Assembly: GCA_013265495.1 (NCBI GenBank)
Contig: MU057999.1
Location: 806,001-870,000, forward strand
Origin: Vicugna vicugna
Taxonomy: Eukaryota
Direction of reading: 5' to 3'
DNA: 64,000 bases
Each line of letters opens with the position of its first letter. Positions within the stretch are counted from its first letter, which is position 1. This document shows, one piece after another, positions 12,476 to 24,260 of this stretch. A program made the position numbers and the translations under genes. The notes beneath the pieces are model-generated. The model saw only the letters and a program-made list of their open reading frames with translations. It was not told where the DNA came from and did not search any database.

Positions 12476-13139
12476 GGGGAAGGGGCGCAGGGCTGTGCTG
12501 ACCCCTAAGCCAGCTTCCCTCCCTCAAGCCTCCCTTTCTGGGAGCCACACCCTCGTTAAAGAAGCTGATGTTAAGGATGCGTGGTTTTCGTGTTCTCTGG
12601 CACCTAAGTGTACACCAACTGCTTCGGCTGGAACCCAGCCAAAGAAAGGGCCATCTGTTCCTGGGAGAGAGGATGTGGCAGTGTCCAGCGCGGTGCCTTC
12701 CTCGGGGCTCGTAAGGGCAGTTTTGACTATATGGACTTTCAAACCAACCCTGGTGTAAGTAGCAAGCCCACTTACTGCTTTCCGAAAGGTGGCTTGGTGC
12801 CGTCACTGTGAGTGACATTAGAGCCTCCTACCAGTCAGGGCACCCGCCATGCACCCCGGTTCACCCGCAGATTTAATGAGTCCTTCAAGACTCACTGCTC
12901 AGTTTGCATGTGTTTGCTCCATGTTTGCTTTTACTTTTTGTGTTTCCGCAAGAAGCACCCCCCTGGCTGTGGGCGATGCAGTGAACAGGAGAGGGTGGGG
13001 AGGATATGGGTGGCTTGGAATGCCAGGAGAGGGCCAGGCCCTCCTGCAGAGGTTGGAGTTGCGGGGCTAAAGGGAGCGAGTGTGGTGAGGAAGGGGCCGG
13101 GGTTGGGGAGGCAAATCTATGCAGAACCCAATTAGGGTC

Positions 13140-13400
13140 CCAAGGAGCAGAGAGAGACCCTGGGACCAGAAGAAAGAGCTGGAATAGAAGGATGATGGTG
13201 TCATTATAGTATTGTCGAGGACTGGAGTTTTAAGAAGGCAGTCGAGTGGGTGGGGGGTGGCCAAGACACCTGGCAAAGGCATGGATAGAATGGGCTTTGG
13301 CAAGCTGTTTCCTGGAATAGTGGAGTGGAATGCATGTTAGGGGAATAAGCAGGGGATGGATAGGGAGGCAGTGAGCCTCCTGGTGTAGACTTGAGAGCTT
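13140..13400 (-). mobile_element. degenerate L2 fragment
   Basis: Purine-rich reverse L2-like text 'tggtgtca...gttttaagaagg...tggagtgg'. Confidence 0.35.
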
Positions 13401-16400
13401 TAGCAACCAAATGAGAGGATTTGTCATACCAGCTAGAAGAGGCAGAGGGAAGCTGTGATAGCTTCCAGAAAAGGAAGCTGCCCTGGAAAGGTGCGTGGGA
13501 GAGTGAAGGGAGGGATGGGGGGGCATGGAGGGAAACCGTCCCCCCAGAGGTAGGAAAGAGGTGTTCAGACACCATTAAGCTAAAAGGATAGCCCGTGTAG
13601 GGTACTGTCCCTGGGCTTCTGCCAACATCTAACTTGGGTTTTCTGGGAGAAGCAGTTGGCTGTCTGGGTGAGGAGGACTTGGTACAGGTTTGGAGATGGG
13701 GGCAGCCTGGAGGGAGGAGGAGCAGTTTAAGTTGGGCTCAAAGAGGTCAGAAGTGTAGACTCCATGGGTGTCCCTAGTCTGCCCCCCAAGCCCTAAGTAG
13801 ACTTACACCTGTCTCAGCCACAGCCCCTCCCCTGGGGATACTGGTCTCTGGTCTCGGATTTATTATTCTGAACAAGCTATTATTCTTTCTTTCATTTGCA
13901 CTTTGTGATTTAAAAGTAAAAAAAAAAAAAAAGGCACCCAATTAGAATAAAACTTAAATTAAATCGAAACACCAATTAAAATATATCATCAATGAAAACT
14001 GAGTAATTAAAGTGTGTCCGCCAAGCAGCGGCCGATACGGCTTGGTGGCCCAGAAGCACCAGCCGTGGTCACAGGGCGGCTGGCGGGCCGGCTGAACGTG
14101 CTGCTGTGGCCGTCGGGGTTTGGGGAGCGGGACACGGAGGGTTGGCTTTGGGCCCAGGGGACACGACATCCCTCTTGAGTCCTTTGACCCTGTGGTACCG
14201 TCAGTGACCCTCTTGCTCCATTTCCTGGAGTTAGAAGGGTTCAGCGCTGGTGCTGGGTGCATACGGAGCAGAGCAGAGGCCGTCCTGGTGGGACCCGGAG
14301 GAAGAAAGGCCGTGAGTGACACCTGGGGCTTCCCACACCGCACCTGACAGTCACCTCTACTCAAAGCCGCACACACATTTGGGAGTGCTGTCTTCCCTCC
14401 CATCAGTAGTGTGGCTTTGAGAACCACTCTGTGTGGGTGGCTTTGCTCCACGGGTCCCTGAACTTCAGAGGGGGGTGGACCCTAGGCTCCCTGACTTGGT
14501 AGACCTGGTATTGGTGGCCTCGTGCCCCCTGGGCCTTCCCTCCTGTCTTCCTCCTCTCCCACTGTGCCTGTGTGGACAAAGGCCTCCATTCAGCCACTCC
14601 TTTTGTCTCAACCGGCTGGTTGCTGAAAGTAGTAAAATGTTCCTCTAAAGCTGTCACTGGTCACCCCTACTTCAAGGCCCAGTTAGATATGTCTTCTTGC
14701 TGCTCCTCTGAGTCAGTCTGCTGACCTCAACTGGCCAGTTTTGCATCATATTGCAATTTCTTAGCTACACAGCCATCTCCATTCCTCTGCAGAAGTCAGG
14801 GTATGAGTTAATAAATAGTATTAAGTTCCATCTTCCTTGTGTAAGAGACTGCGTGCTTTTTCAGGGTAGCGGCTGACCTTCCTTATCTTTTTACTAGCCA
14901 CTAATTTTTATAGTCAGCAACTCCAACCTTTAGAATTTTATTTTACTCTTCTAAGGAAGAGTCTTAGTTTGACGGGCACAAAGTCCCCACGTGTGGAAGG
15001 GTCCCCCGGGGGGCCGTCCAGCACGCTCCACCTGCGGAGGCTGGGACTCCGCCTGCCTGAGGTGAGCTCACTTCAAGAGCAGGCAAGTTCTTAGGAGAAA
15101 ATCAATAATCTCACGTGTGCTTGTCTTTTAAGCCCAGTGTTCTTAAGTGGCAGTGAGCTCCACCAGCAACAAAGGAAGGAAGAAATTAGGTAAAGGGAGA
15201 ATCAATATTTGTGTGGGGTTTTAAAGACTTAACAGTCTTTTACGCTTCTTTGTTCTGGGGAATAGTCGCTGTTCCCCAGCAAGCCTGGCGAGAGAAACGC
15301 CGCGTTATGAATTTGCTCTTTCGCCTGGAGACAGAGGTGTGGCGTCCCCGCAAAGCCCCATTCCTTCTCTCTAACCTTATCCCTTCTTAGCCAGCATTGT
15401 ATTTAAGGCAGAGACCAGGAGAGGCAGAGCTGCCCTGTTGATGCCTGGCTGTGTCCAGTGTCCAGCATCCTGCTCCCCTGACCGCGTCCTCAGGGAGGGA
15501 AAGCAGATGACCTCGGTGGCTGCCCGTCCCCAGCTGTCATTTAGGAGGGCAGGTGGGGGGAAAGTGGGGCTCAGGGTCCGTGCTGTGGGAGGCTGCAGCA
15601 TCTCCACTGGTGGCAGGATGAAGGCAGCCTCACTGGAGGAATGTTTACGGAAGAGTGGTGCATCCTGTCCTTGGTTCCGTCAAGAACAACAGAGAAGAGG
15701 GCTCAGTGGTGACCACACGCCCGAACGCTGGGCATTTTGATGTCTGTTCGCCTCCACCGGATCCACTTCCAACCCCCCCTGCGCTAGTTTGCATTGTGTG
15801 AGGTTCCTTTTTCTCCTCTTTTTAAACCCCCTGATCTGTGGGGTCTGGACCATGCAGGGTGATCCTGGGGTCCAGAGAGGGCTCGCGAAGCCCTGGGTCC
15901 TCATGCCCAGCTGTCAGGATGGACTCTGCTTCACTAAGGATCTAGCTGTTTTCCTCCCTCGAGCTCCCATCTGCTCACCTTTCTTCAGTTTGTTGGGGTG
16001 CCTGTGCACACATGCTCCTGTCCTAGAATGTCCTGCCGCCCTCCTTTATTTCCCTGGCTTTTTCTAAACCTTGTCTTAGGCCCCGACTGTTGGTCCCTCA
16101 CATCGTTCTCCTGCTGACTCCTCTCTTCCCCTAAAGGCTCTGTTTCTCTCCCGAGCCACAGCCTCAGAGTGAAAAAGAAATCAGTGGACTCGGAGAGAAG
16201 TCATTATCCTCTTTCTGAAACATTTTCCTTCTCTTTCTTCTTGCTTTTCGTAAGAACCAAATCAGTAGATGGGGGCCAGTCTCACGGTGGCTGAGAAACA
16301 GAGGGAACGGTGGAAGGCAGTTGGAGGGGCTGCTTTGTTGATTTCTTCTGGGCAGCATGTGTTTTCAAAACACCTCCCTGCCCGGCAGGCTGCCCACAGG

Positions 16401-16769
16401 GGCCGGCAAGATAGATAACTCCCCGGCCTGTCCTCGAGTGGCCCACAGTCATCGCCCCGGGCTCCAGATCTGGGGTCCCAGCCTGGACCTCCAAGAAGTC
16501 AGAGATCTGAGACGTTATGTGTGTTGGTGCATTTTCTGGGAAGAGTGTCTTTTCCTTGGATTCCTGGAAAGTTTCAAGATCTAAGACTTTCAAAAAATCT
16601 TGACCATGGCCTGTAGTAAAAAAGGCACATCTTGATCTTGTCTCCCACATCTGTGCATGTACGTGTGTGTGTGTGAGAGAAGGGCAGGGGGAGAGAGTTA
16701 GTTTTCTGGATATCTGCGTCGACCTTGGTATGTATTTCTATCTGTAATTATATCATCTCTGAAGCAAAA

Positions 16770-16945
16770 GTTCCCCAAACACTACTTACCCTTTCTACAT
16801 GCAAATCAACGTGGTATTTTGTTTTATTCTTCTTGATTCTATAATAAGTTATTCTATCCTATTTCATTAAAAATACTGATTACAGCCCACAAAATTGATT
16901 TCATGACCCAGTAATGAGTCACAACCTGCACTTTGGGAAACACTG
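16770..16945. mobile_element. old hAT-Charlie-type DNA transposon end
   Basis: 'aaattgatttcatgacccagtaatgagtcacaacctgcactttgggaaacactg' ends in a Charlie-like TIR. Confidence 0.5.
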
Positions 16946-16989
16946 ATCTAAAGGAAAATGTTGGGAATCGCTGGTCTGGGAACTGTGAT

Positions 16990-17400
16990 GTGCCACTGGT
17001 GGGAGGGTGAATTCGCAGAATCTTAATGAGGGCCGTTTGGCAATTTTTGTCAATTTACAAATACATTCAACCCATTGACCTTCATGTTCCTACAGGGATA
17101 TTCCACTTCTGGGAATTTCTAATAAATCTCTAGGAATTTATCTTACAGATATACGTGTGCAAAGTGATGTTCAAGATAATTCTTTGCTCCATTGTTTATA
17201 TTAGCGAAAGATTGGACACAACTCAAACGTCCATCATTATGGGACTGATTGAATAACTAATGGAACATCCATACAATGGAAGAATATTCTGCAGGTGTTT
17301 TTAAAAGAAAGGGGAGGGGAAGCTCTCAATGACCTAAGTTGGAAAGATTGCCAAGATGTATTAACTCAAACAACAAGATGTGAAACAGGGTGTTTTTTTA
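16990..17400 (+). mobile_element. old L1 (L1ME-like) ORF2 end/3'UTR
   Basis: 'attccacttctgggaattt...cattgtttatattagcgaaagattgga...catccatacaatggaa'. Confidence 0.75.
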
Positions 17401-17458
17401 ATAGGTTAGCTTTTGAATGAAAAAGGGGATAATTAGAGTCTATATTCATCGCTGCTTA

Positions 17459-17541
17459 TATCAGGTTGAATCATATGAAGTTACCATCTTTGAAGGTCAA
17501 ACTGATTGAATATTGGCAATTTCACGTGGTTCAACATAGCA
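17459..17541. mobile_element. MADE2-like mariner-derived MITE (~80 bp)
   Basis: Imperfect inverted ends 'aggttgaatcatatgaagttacc' / 'ggcaatttcacgtggttcaacat'. Confidence 0.75.
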
Positions 17542-20412
17542 TGTGCATAAAGGAAGAGTAAAAAGAACAGATGGGAGGAGATTTCTCACTGGGACCTGTT
17601 AAAATAAGGAATCCCATTGGTTAATGGGAAACGGATGGGACTCACTCTGAGCTAAGGCAGAGCCACGGGCAGTCCCATGCCCAACTGGAGAAGGAGCAGA
17701 GGCCACGTGTCCCTGTCCTCATGCCGGAGACCCAGGCAAGGCCGAGACAGTGGGCAGAAGGCTGGGACAGAGTGGCCCAGCGATGCCTCTGTCTCCCTCC
17801 CTTGTCCTCCCCTCTTTCTAGGTATCAAGTGTGGATAGCATGGTGAGAAGAACGAGCTAGAAATTTAACTTTTAAAATTTAAAATTTTGAATGCAATTGC
17901 TTGTATCGAGAAAGCATTACCCAAGGAATGCTGATTGCTGTCAACTGGGCCAAGTGGGGCTTTCTACTTCTCAGGGCTGGGCTGCAGAGGGCCCAGGACT
18001 GAGTTCCATTAGCTATTCAACCACAGAGAGACCACTTTTCTCATGCCTAGTACCTTTTGCTTGCTGCCCAGCCTGATACTCAAGCTCGATCCTAGGATCC
18101 TAGGATCATCTGGGCAGGTGTCCTGAGGGGTCAGACACTGCTGGAGTGGGGATGGGGGTAGAGCTGAGGATAGAGGTAGGGCCTGGTCTGTTCACTTCAA
18201 GGACCATGCTGATTCAGATTTCCCCGGGCCAAGGAAGATCCCTGGGGCTGGCATAGTGTTCAGCTGGGACCTCGTAGGGTAACATCTATGCAGTCACTTT
18301 TGCCACCATTATCTTAGTGCTGCAGACTTGGAAATTCGTTTTCACTAGTGTGTGGAGGGCATAGTCCTCTCTCCAGGGCAGAGTTATGCTCTCCAGGCTC
18401 CCAGAGAGTCGTATGTGGACCCAGCCTTATTGTTCATCACCCTGGGAGCAGAACTGCCAAAGGAAGTGCATACCCATGCCCTCTGGCCAGTACACCCTCT
18501 CCCTTAGGCAGCCCCAGAGGGACAGAACACCCGCACAGGAGGGCCTTGGGCAGGCAAGAATCTGAGCTACCCAGGCTGGCCTGGGGCTGTGGACCACCAG
18601 CCCTGATGTATCACTGGGTTCCTGGGGGCTGATCCTTTCCACTGAGAGAGTAGGAAGTGAATGTGTGTGTGTGTTGGGATTGGGGTGGGGGGGCCAATGC
18701 TGGGAGGGCCACAGCTACCTCTTAGAAGTTTTTTTTCTTTTTTTTATTCTTTAGATGTGACCAGTCTCCCTTGTGGGGCACACTCCTTCATTACCCTTAT
18801 GAATACCTTGAATTCAGTTATAGCTGATTGTATGTGGACAGAGATCTTTGGTCTCCTTTGGAAAACACCACGTGTTGACGTTTATCCAAGTTATATATGT
18901 ATGTATGTACGTAATTTGGAGGAGGAGGGTCTTATGCTCCCTCTCATCTTCCGCCTGCATTTTACCCAACACCTCACTGCTCAGAGAACAGAAACAGCCG
19001 TGGGCAGTGGTTGGTGAAGAGAATGGCAGGACCCCAGTGAGGCTCTGTGAAATTGATCTGGAAGTACAGGTGGACGGAGCGAGCCGGAGCTGGGCAGGGG
19101 CAGGTAGGAAGGTGCTGCGGATGCTCCAGTGAGCAGCCCAAGGGCCTGGGCTGGGAGGAGCAGGCAGGTGAAAGGGAGTGAGGGTGCCGGTGGCCTTGGG
19201 AAGGAGGGAGCAACAGATTTCGGAAGATGACACGGCTCTGAATCAAGCCTGGTAGTGGGAAGAGTGATGGGAAGGAGACTTAGGGGGAACGTGCTTAATT
19301 AGTTCGGGATTGGACTTTCAAATTTGATTGGGTGCTGGGGATGGAGACTTCCATCTCCCTTGGCCGTCATTCTGTGGTATTTAATCTCAAGCTAGGGACT
19401 GAGTTCAAGATTTTGGCCTGAACTTCAGAGACACAAAAGATGGTGACTCACTCACACGAAGGGATGAATGGAATCACTTAAGAGGGAGTACAGAGGAAGT
19501 AGATGACCAAAGACCAAATCTTGGGGACTGCTCTGCCGGGGAGTGCTGGACCATGTCTCTCCCTGGGTCCTGGGCTGAGTGACGAGGGCGTCTTGAGTGG
19601 AGAGGAGGCTGTACGCCCAGGGCTTCTGAGGGAAATGCTGTGGGAGTCAGGTGTTGGAGTCCCCCTCCCATGGGCTCTGTCCGCAGCAGTCCTTTCAGCT
19701 TGTAGGGGAGACGAAGTTGGGGGCACTAGCGGGAGGGAATTGGAACCAGCAGAGGGTGTACCCTGAACTCAGTAAGTAAAGGCCTCGTCTGTCAACGTGA
19801 AATTCAGGGAGATTTGAAGGATTCGGCTGTGGCTACAGGAGAAGCCTAGGGTTAGATGAGTCATTGATTGATGAGTTAAGGTTTAATGAAAAGATACCAA
19901 ATTGTACTTAAGTGCTTATCTTTCTTCTTTGCCTCTTGTTCTTAAATTATGTATCACATTTTTAAACGTGGACATGATTAATGCTGTTAGGATCTCCAGC
20001 CTGGCTGTTTTAACAAAGACTTATATTTTAACTTAAAAAGCATAACCGAGTGGAGACTCTTAACGTTTTTTGTCAATTAATCACCCGTGTGAGAAGCTCA
20101 GCTGTTCGGACCCTCAGGCCTTCTGCAGAGGCAGCTGTGCCCACTGGGTGGTACTTCACCCTCATTATGGCAGAGTATGTCGGAGAAAACAAACTGCCCC
20201 CTGAGAGTTACAGCTGTCGTGTGGGATGAAGGAGACCAGGAAGGGGAGTGGATGTGGAAGGGGAGAAGGGGGAGAGGGAGCCCAGTGCTGATGTGGGAGC
20301 ATCGCGGGTGGGCTTATCTCCACACACATCGGGAGAGTCCATGGAGCTTGGTCCTTGAAGGAGAAGGAACGGCGGAGGCTTGGGGAGTGAAGAAGCCAGG
20401 AAGGGCCTGACT

Positions 20413-20535
20413 TGCTCAGTTGCGTTCACTAGACATTTACTGAGCACCCAGTATATGTCAGGTTCTGGGGATACAAACCAGAATAGGACCCGTTCTTGGC
20501 TTCCAGTTGTTTACCAGACAGTGGAGGAAGATGGA
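20413..20535 (-). mobile_element. L2 3' end
   Basis: 'acatttactgagcacccagtatatgtcaggttctggggataca'. Confidence 0.65.
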
Positions 20536-20734
20536 CTGGCTAAACGCTGGAGGTGGTATACCTGTGGCTGGTGCAGGAATAGCCATGTATATTGGACCTC
20601 CTGATGGGAAGATAGTGAGTCCACAGAGCAGGCCTGCTTTCACGCTGTGCTCTTAGCCGTCGTGTGTGACAGTGCGGCCACCGGCGCATCAGAGACAACG
20701 GGTCTGATGACCTCTCCCTGGAGCGATGATTGGG

Positions 20735-20865
20735 TAGCTTCCGCTCTTGCCTCTGCCTCTTACAAGCTGTGTACCTTGAGGCAGTCACTTAACAGCCCTG
20801 TGCCTCCGTTTCCTCACAGTAGTACTTACTTTACGGGGTTGTTGGAAAGATCAAATGTGTTACAC
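20735..20865 (+). mobile_element. MIR SINE fragment
   Basis: 'gctgtgtaccttgaggcagtcacttaac...gtgcctccgtttcctca...gggttgttggaaagatcaaatg'. Confidence 0.75.
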
Positions 20866-20939
20866 AGTGTTAGATGGAGAAGAAGGAGAAGGGGAGGTCG
20901 AGAAAGCCAGTCTCGAAGAGGAAAAATTAGGCAGGTGAT

Positions 20940-21270
20940 GGAAAGCATAATCCAAATTGGCTTAAGCAAATGAGAAATTCATTGACTTTTCCTAGTGGAC
21001 CAGGAAGGTCAGACAGCGCCATGGACCTGACTTCTCTTTCCCTTTGTTGGTCACTCCTGCTGGGCTGATGCCATTCCCCCAGACTCTCTGCATGACCTCA
21101 CCAGGATGCTTGCAGGCAGCTGTAGCCTTCCAGAATGGACTCAATGGAAAGAATAGCAGGAGACTTTGTTCTTGCACTCCTAGGAAGAGCGCTTGGGTGG
21201 ACCCTGGCCGGGGTGGGGTGTAGGGTAAGCCTGTGCCTGACCTTGAACCACTTCCTGTGGTTGGCTGGAA
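20940..21270. mobile_element. old MaLR (MLT1-like) LTR
   Basis: 'tccaaattggcttaagcaaa...aattcattg' start and 'tgcctgaccttgaacca...ctgtgg' end resemble old MLT1 LTRs. Confidence 0.5.
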
Positions 21271-23169
21271 GCTCAGAGACCATCTCACTCTGTCCATCTT
21301 AAAACACGCCCTCTACTGTGTGCACTTCTGGCTTTTTGTAATGAAACAAGAACTTTAAGACCCTGTAAAGCATTTTGAGTGCAAAATCGGCTGGATTTTT
21401 AGTGGTATTTTATTTCTGATCTCTTAGCTTTGTCTTACCCTGTCCAAAAAGTGAACAGTTTTTTAGCAGCTTGTGTTGATGGTGCCTTTCCAAAGCATTC
21501 AACTTAGTGTCACAGGAGCAACAGCTCTTCTTCACATTTATACTTTATAGGTTTATTAATATTTGATTAAATTAAGTATTTATAACAACAAATACAACTG
21601 GCAAACAGGTGTGGGGACAGACATAGCAGACTCCGGGCAAGCATTCTGTTGAACTCGAGGGGCACAAGTGCGCGAGTCTCCTTGAGCTGTCACAGGGCTG
21701 TGGGCATTGGATCCGTACGTTTTGACAGAGCGAGTAGAAAAGAGCCGGTAAAGCGGGCGAATCAGACAAGGTCATTAAAGAGAGTTCCACTGCCCAAGTT
21801 TGCTCTCAGATGACTGGCCAGTTGCAGAGGATGTTGAGAGAGTGAGCTGGGCCCAGTGGGATGGGCGAGAGAGGAAGGGAGCCCTGGCCTCCCTAAGGAG
21901 AGCCCACAGTCCACATAGTGGCTTCAGTCCCACAGGCAGCCCTGATGTCCACAGTCTGTGGGCGTCCGATCTGAGCGAGGGGGATACCCAGAGTAGAGTG
22001 GGCAGGGCTGGGTGGGAATGTTGGAGGAAAGCATCTTGCCCACTCTAAGTGTATTTCCTCAGGGTGGTCCCAAGTGCCAGATTCCCCCAGGAAGGCCAGG
22101 AGGGCGCTCACCCCTTTTCCTAGGGACCCAGGCAGGCACAACAGTTTTGAGTCCCACTGGATTCAAGATCTCAGGCAGAGACCAGCATCACCTAACGTCG
22201 CCCTGGACTGCCTGAATCAGCTGCAGTGTGCGAGGACGACCCAGCCTCAGAAAACCCCAGCCAAAGACAGGGCTGGCCTCAGGAGCCTCATCATTAGGAC
22301 GGGGACAAGGAGGCCGACCTTCCAGACTGTTGTGGGGATTAAATGAAATAAGAATCACCGAGTTTCCAGTACAGAGTAAGTACTTAAAGTGTCAGCTCCC
22401 TCTTGGCCACGCCTCCCTGGTTTTCCACTGTGGAAACGGATCTCACAGAAGTTAAGCAACTTGCCTGGTTTATCTGGTACAGGAGGGTCAGAGCAGGGCC
22501 CCGAAGCCCCCCTTCCCCCCCAGCCCAGGTGTGGTCAAACACCAGGTAGGCTCTCTATTAGCTCAGACCCTCTCCTGCCCCTGGGACGGGTGACCTGTGA
22601 CCCTTTACCATGGGTTACCGCACAGGGAGAAAGGCCTCAGCTTAATAATGTAGCAGAGATTAGAAATGCATCAGCCGAGGGAGGCCATTGAAAGCCCCAG
22701 TTACTAAAACGATGTCAGATAACAACCTTTCAAACCAGCTGCCGCTCAGGGGAGGAGGGGAGCTGGGTAATGATTACAGCTCGGGGTCTAACACGGAGCC
22801 CATCGCTTACTTAAAACACTGCCGCTTTCTGGCTGTTACTGCCCGGGTGCCCCTGGGTCCAGGCAGGTGGGTACCTTTCATAATCGGAGCCGCCAGTGAG
22901 TCAGTTTGGCCAATTCTCCGGGCTAGAGGCTCGGCTTGGATGAGGGAGTGAGGAGTTCTGCAGGTGAAGTCCTCACACTCTGGCACTGGGGTGGGGGAAA
23001 GCGGTGCTAAGCTCCAGAGGCCTTTGAGTTCTTTGTTCAAAGTGGATTCGGTTACCGGGGGCAAATCAGGTAGATGTGGGGCGGTTGGTCTGCCACCTCG
23101 CCGTGTTCATTATTTATTATTTATGAGCTTTATTATTACTGCCTGTACTGGGCCCACTGCACTTTGTAA

Positions 23170-24084
23170 TGCAGGGCTCCCTAGATGAGCTCAGCCAAGC
23201 CTGGGACTTTAAATACTGCCTGGATGCTGAGGACCCCCAAACTCACTTCCAGCCCAGTCTCTCCTCCCACTGCAAACACCTGATTCCCCTTTGGCCCTGG
23301 ATCTCTGCACTGGACTGTTGCAGCCTCCTCGGCCACAGCATGTCCAAAACTGAACTGTTCCTCTGCCAGTCCCGGTGAATGGCCTTATGATCTGCCTGGT
23401 TGTCATAGCCCCAAAGCAAGGGTTGCCTTTAATCCCCTCTCTGCCTCGTGGCCCGGTCTACCCACATACCCTGCCAGCTCTCCTTCCAGAGCACCTCCTG
23501 GATCTGTCCCCTTTTTGTCCCCTTCCCTCCACCTCCACCACCTAGTCCCATTCCCTGTCATCTTTGGCCTCCAGGTTCCTTCTCCCCCATTCTAAGTCTC
23601 AGTCAGGTGAACCCCCTCCCCATTTCAAACTCCTGTTGTCTTCCCATCACACTTAGAATAAGACCCCAGCTCGGTGCCATGGCCACCGGGATTCCACGTG
23701 CTCTGACCCTTGACCCGCTCTGCAGTATTCTCCAGGCTACACTGACCTCTCTGGCCCTTTAGCAGAGCAGGCTTTTTCCCACCTCGGGACCTTTGCAGTT
23801 TCTGTTCCCTCTGCCGTTGCTGTTCCCTCTGCCTGGAAGCCTTCCCTCGGGGCTTTCCAGGACCTACTCCTTCTCATCAGGCAGGTTCCAGAGAGGCCTT
23901 GCCACCCCACCTTAGTTAAATCATTATTAGACCACCTTGGAGCACTTGAAATTATCTTCCTTATTTGTTTACTAACCTGCAGTCTGCATGCACTGGAGTG
24001 TGGATTCTGCTCTGAACAGGGCTTAGGACAGTACTTGGGACATGGGAGGCTCTCAGTAAATATTTATTGAGTGAATTCATGAAC
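23170..24084 (+). mobile_element. L2 LINE (~0.9 kb) including 3' terminus
   Basis: 'catgtccaaaactgaact', 'cttcccatcacacttagaataa', 'ctgttccctctgcctggaa' and terminal 'ctcagtaaatatttattgagtgaattcatgaa'. Confidence 0.82.
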
Positions 24085-24089
24085 ACGTT

Positions 24090-24260
24090 TTGCTAATTTC
24101 AGTAATAACCTAGCAAAGTAGATTTCATCTACTCTGTTTTTCAGGAAGTGAAAGTTGCAAAGAAATCACCTATCTTGCTTAGGGTTATCCAAGCTTATCG
24201 GTGGCAGAGGTGAAGTTCAAACCCAGTTTTGTCTGCTCCAAAACTCTTCTCCATGCTACC
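24090..24260 (-). mobile_element. MIR SINE fragment
   Basis: 'cttgcttagggttatcca...gtggcagaggtgaagttcaaacccag...tctgctccaaaa'. Confidence 0.65.
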
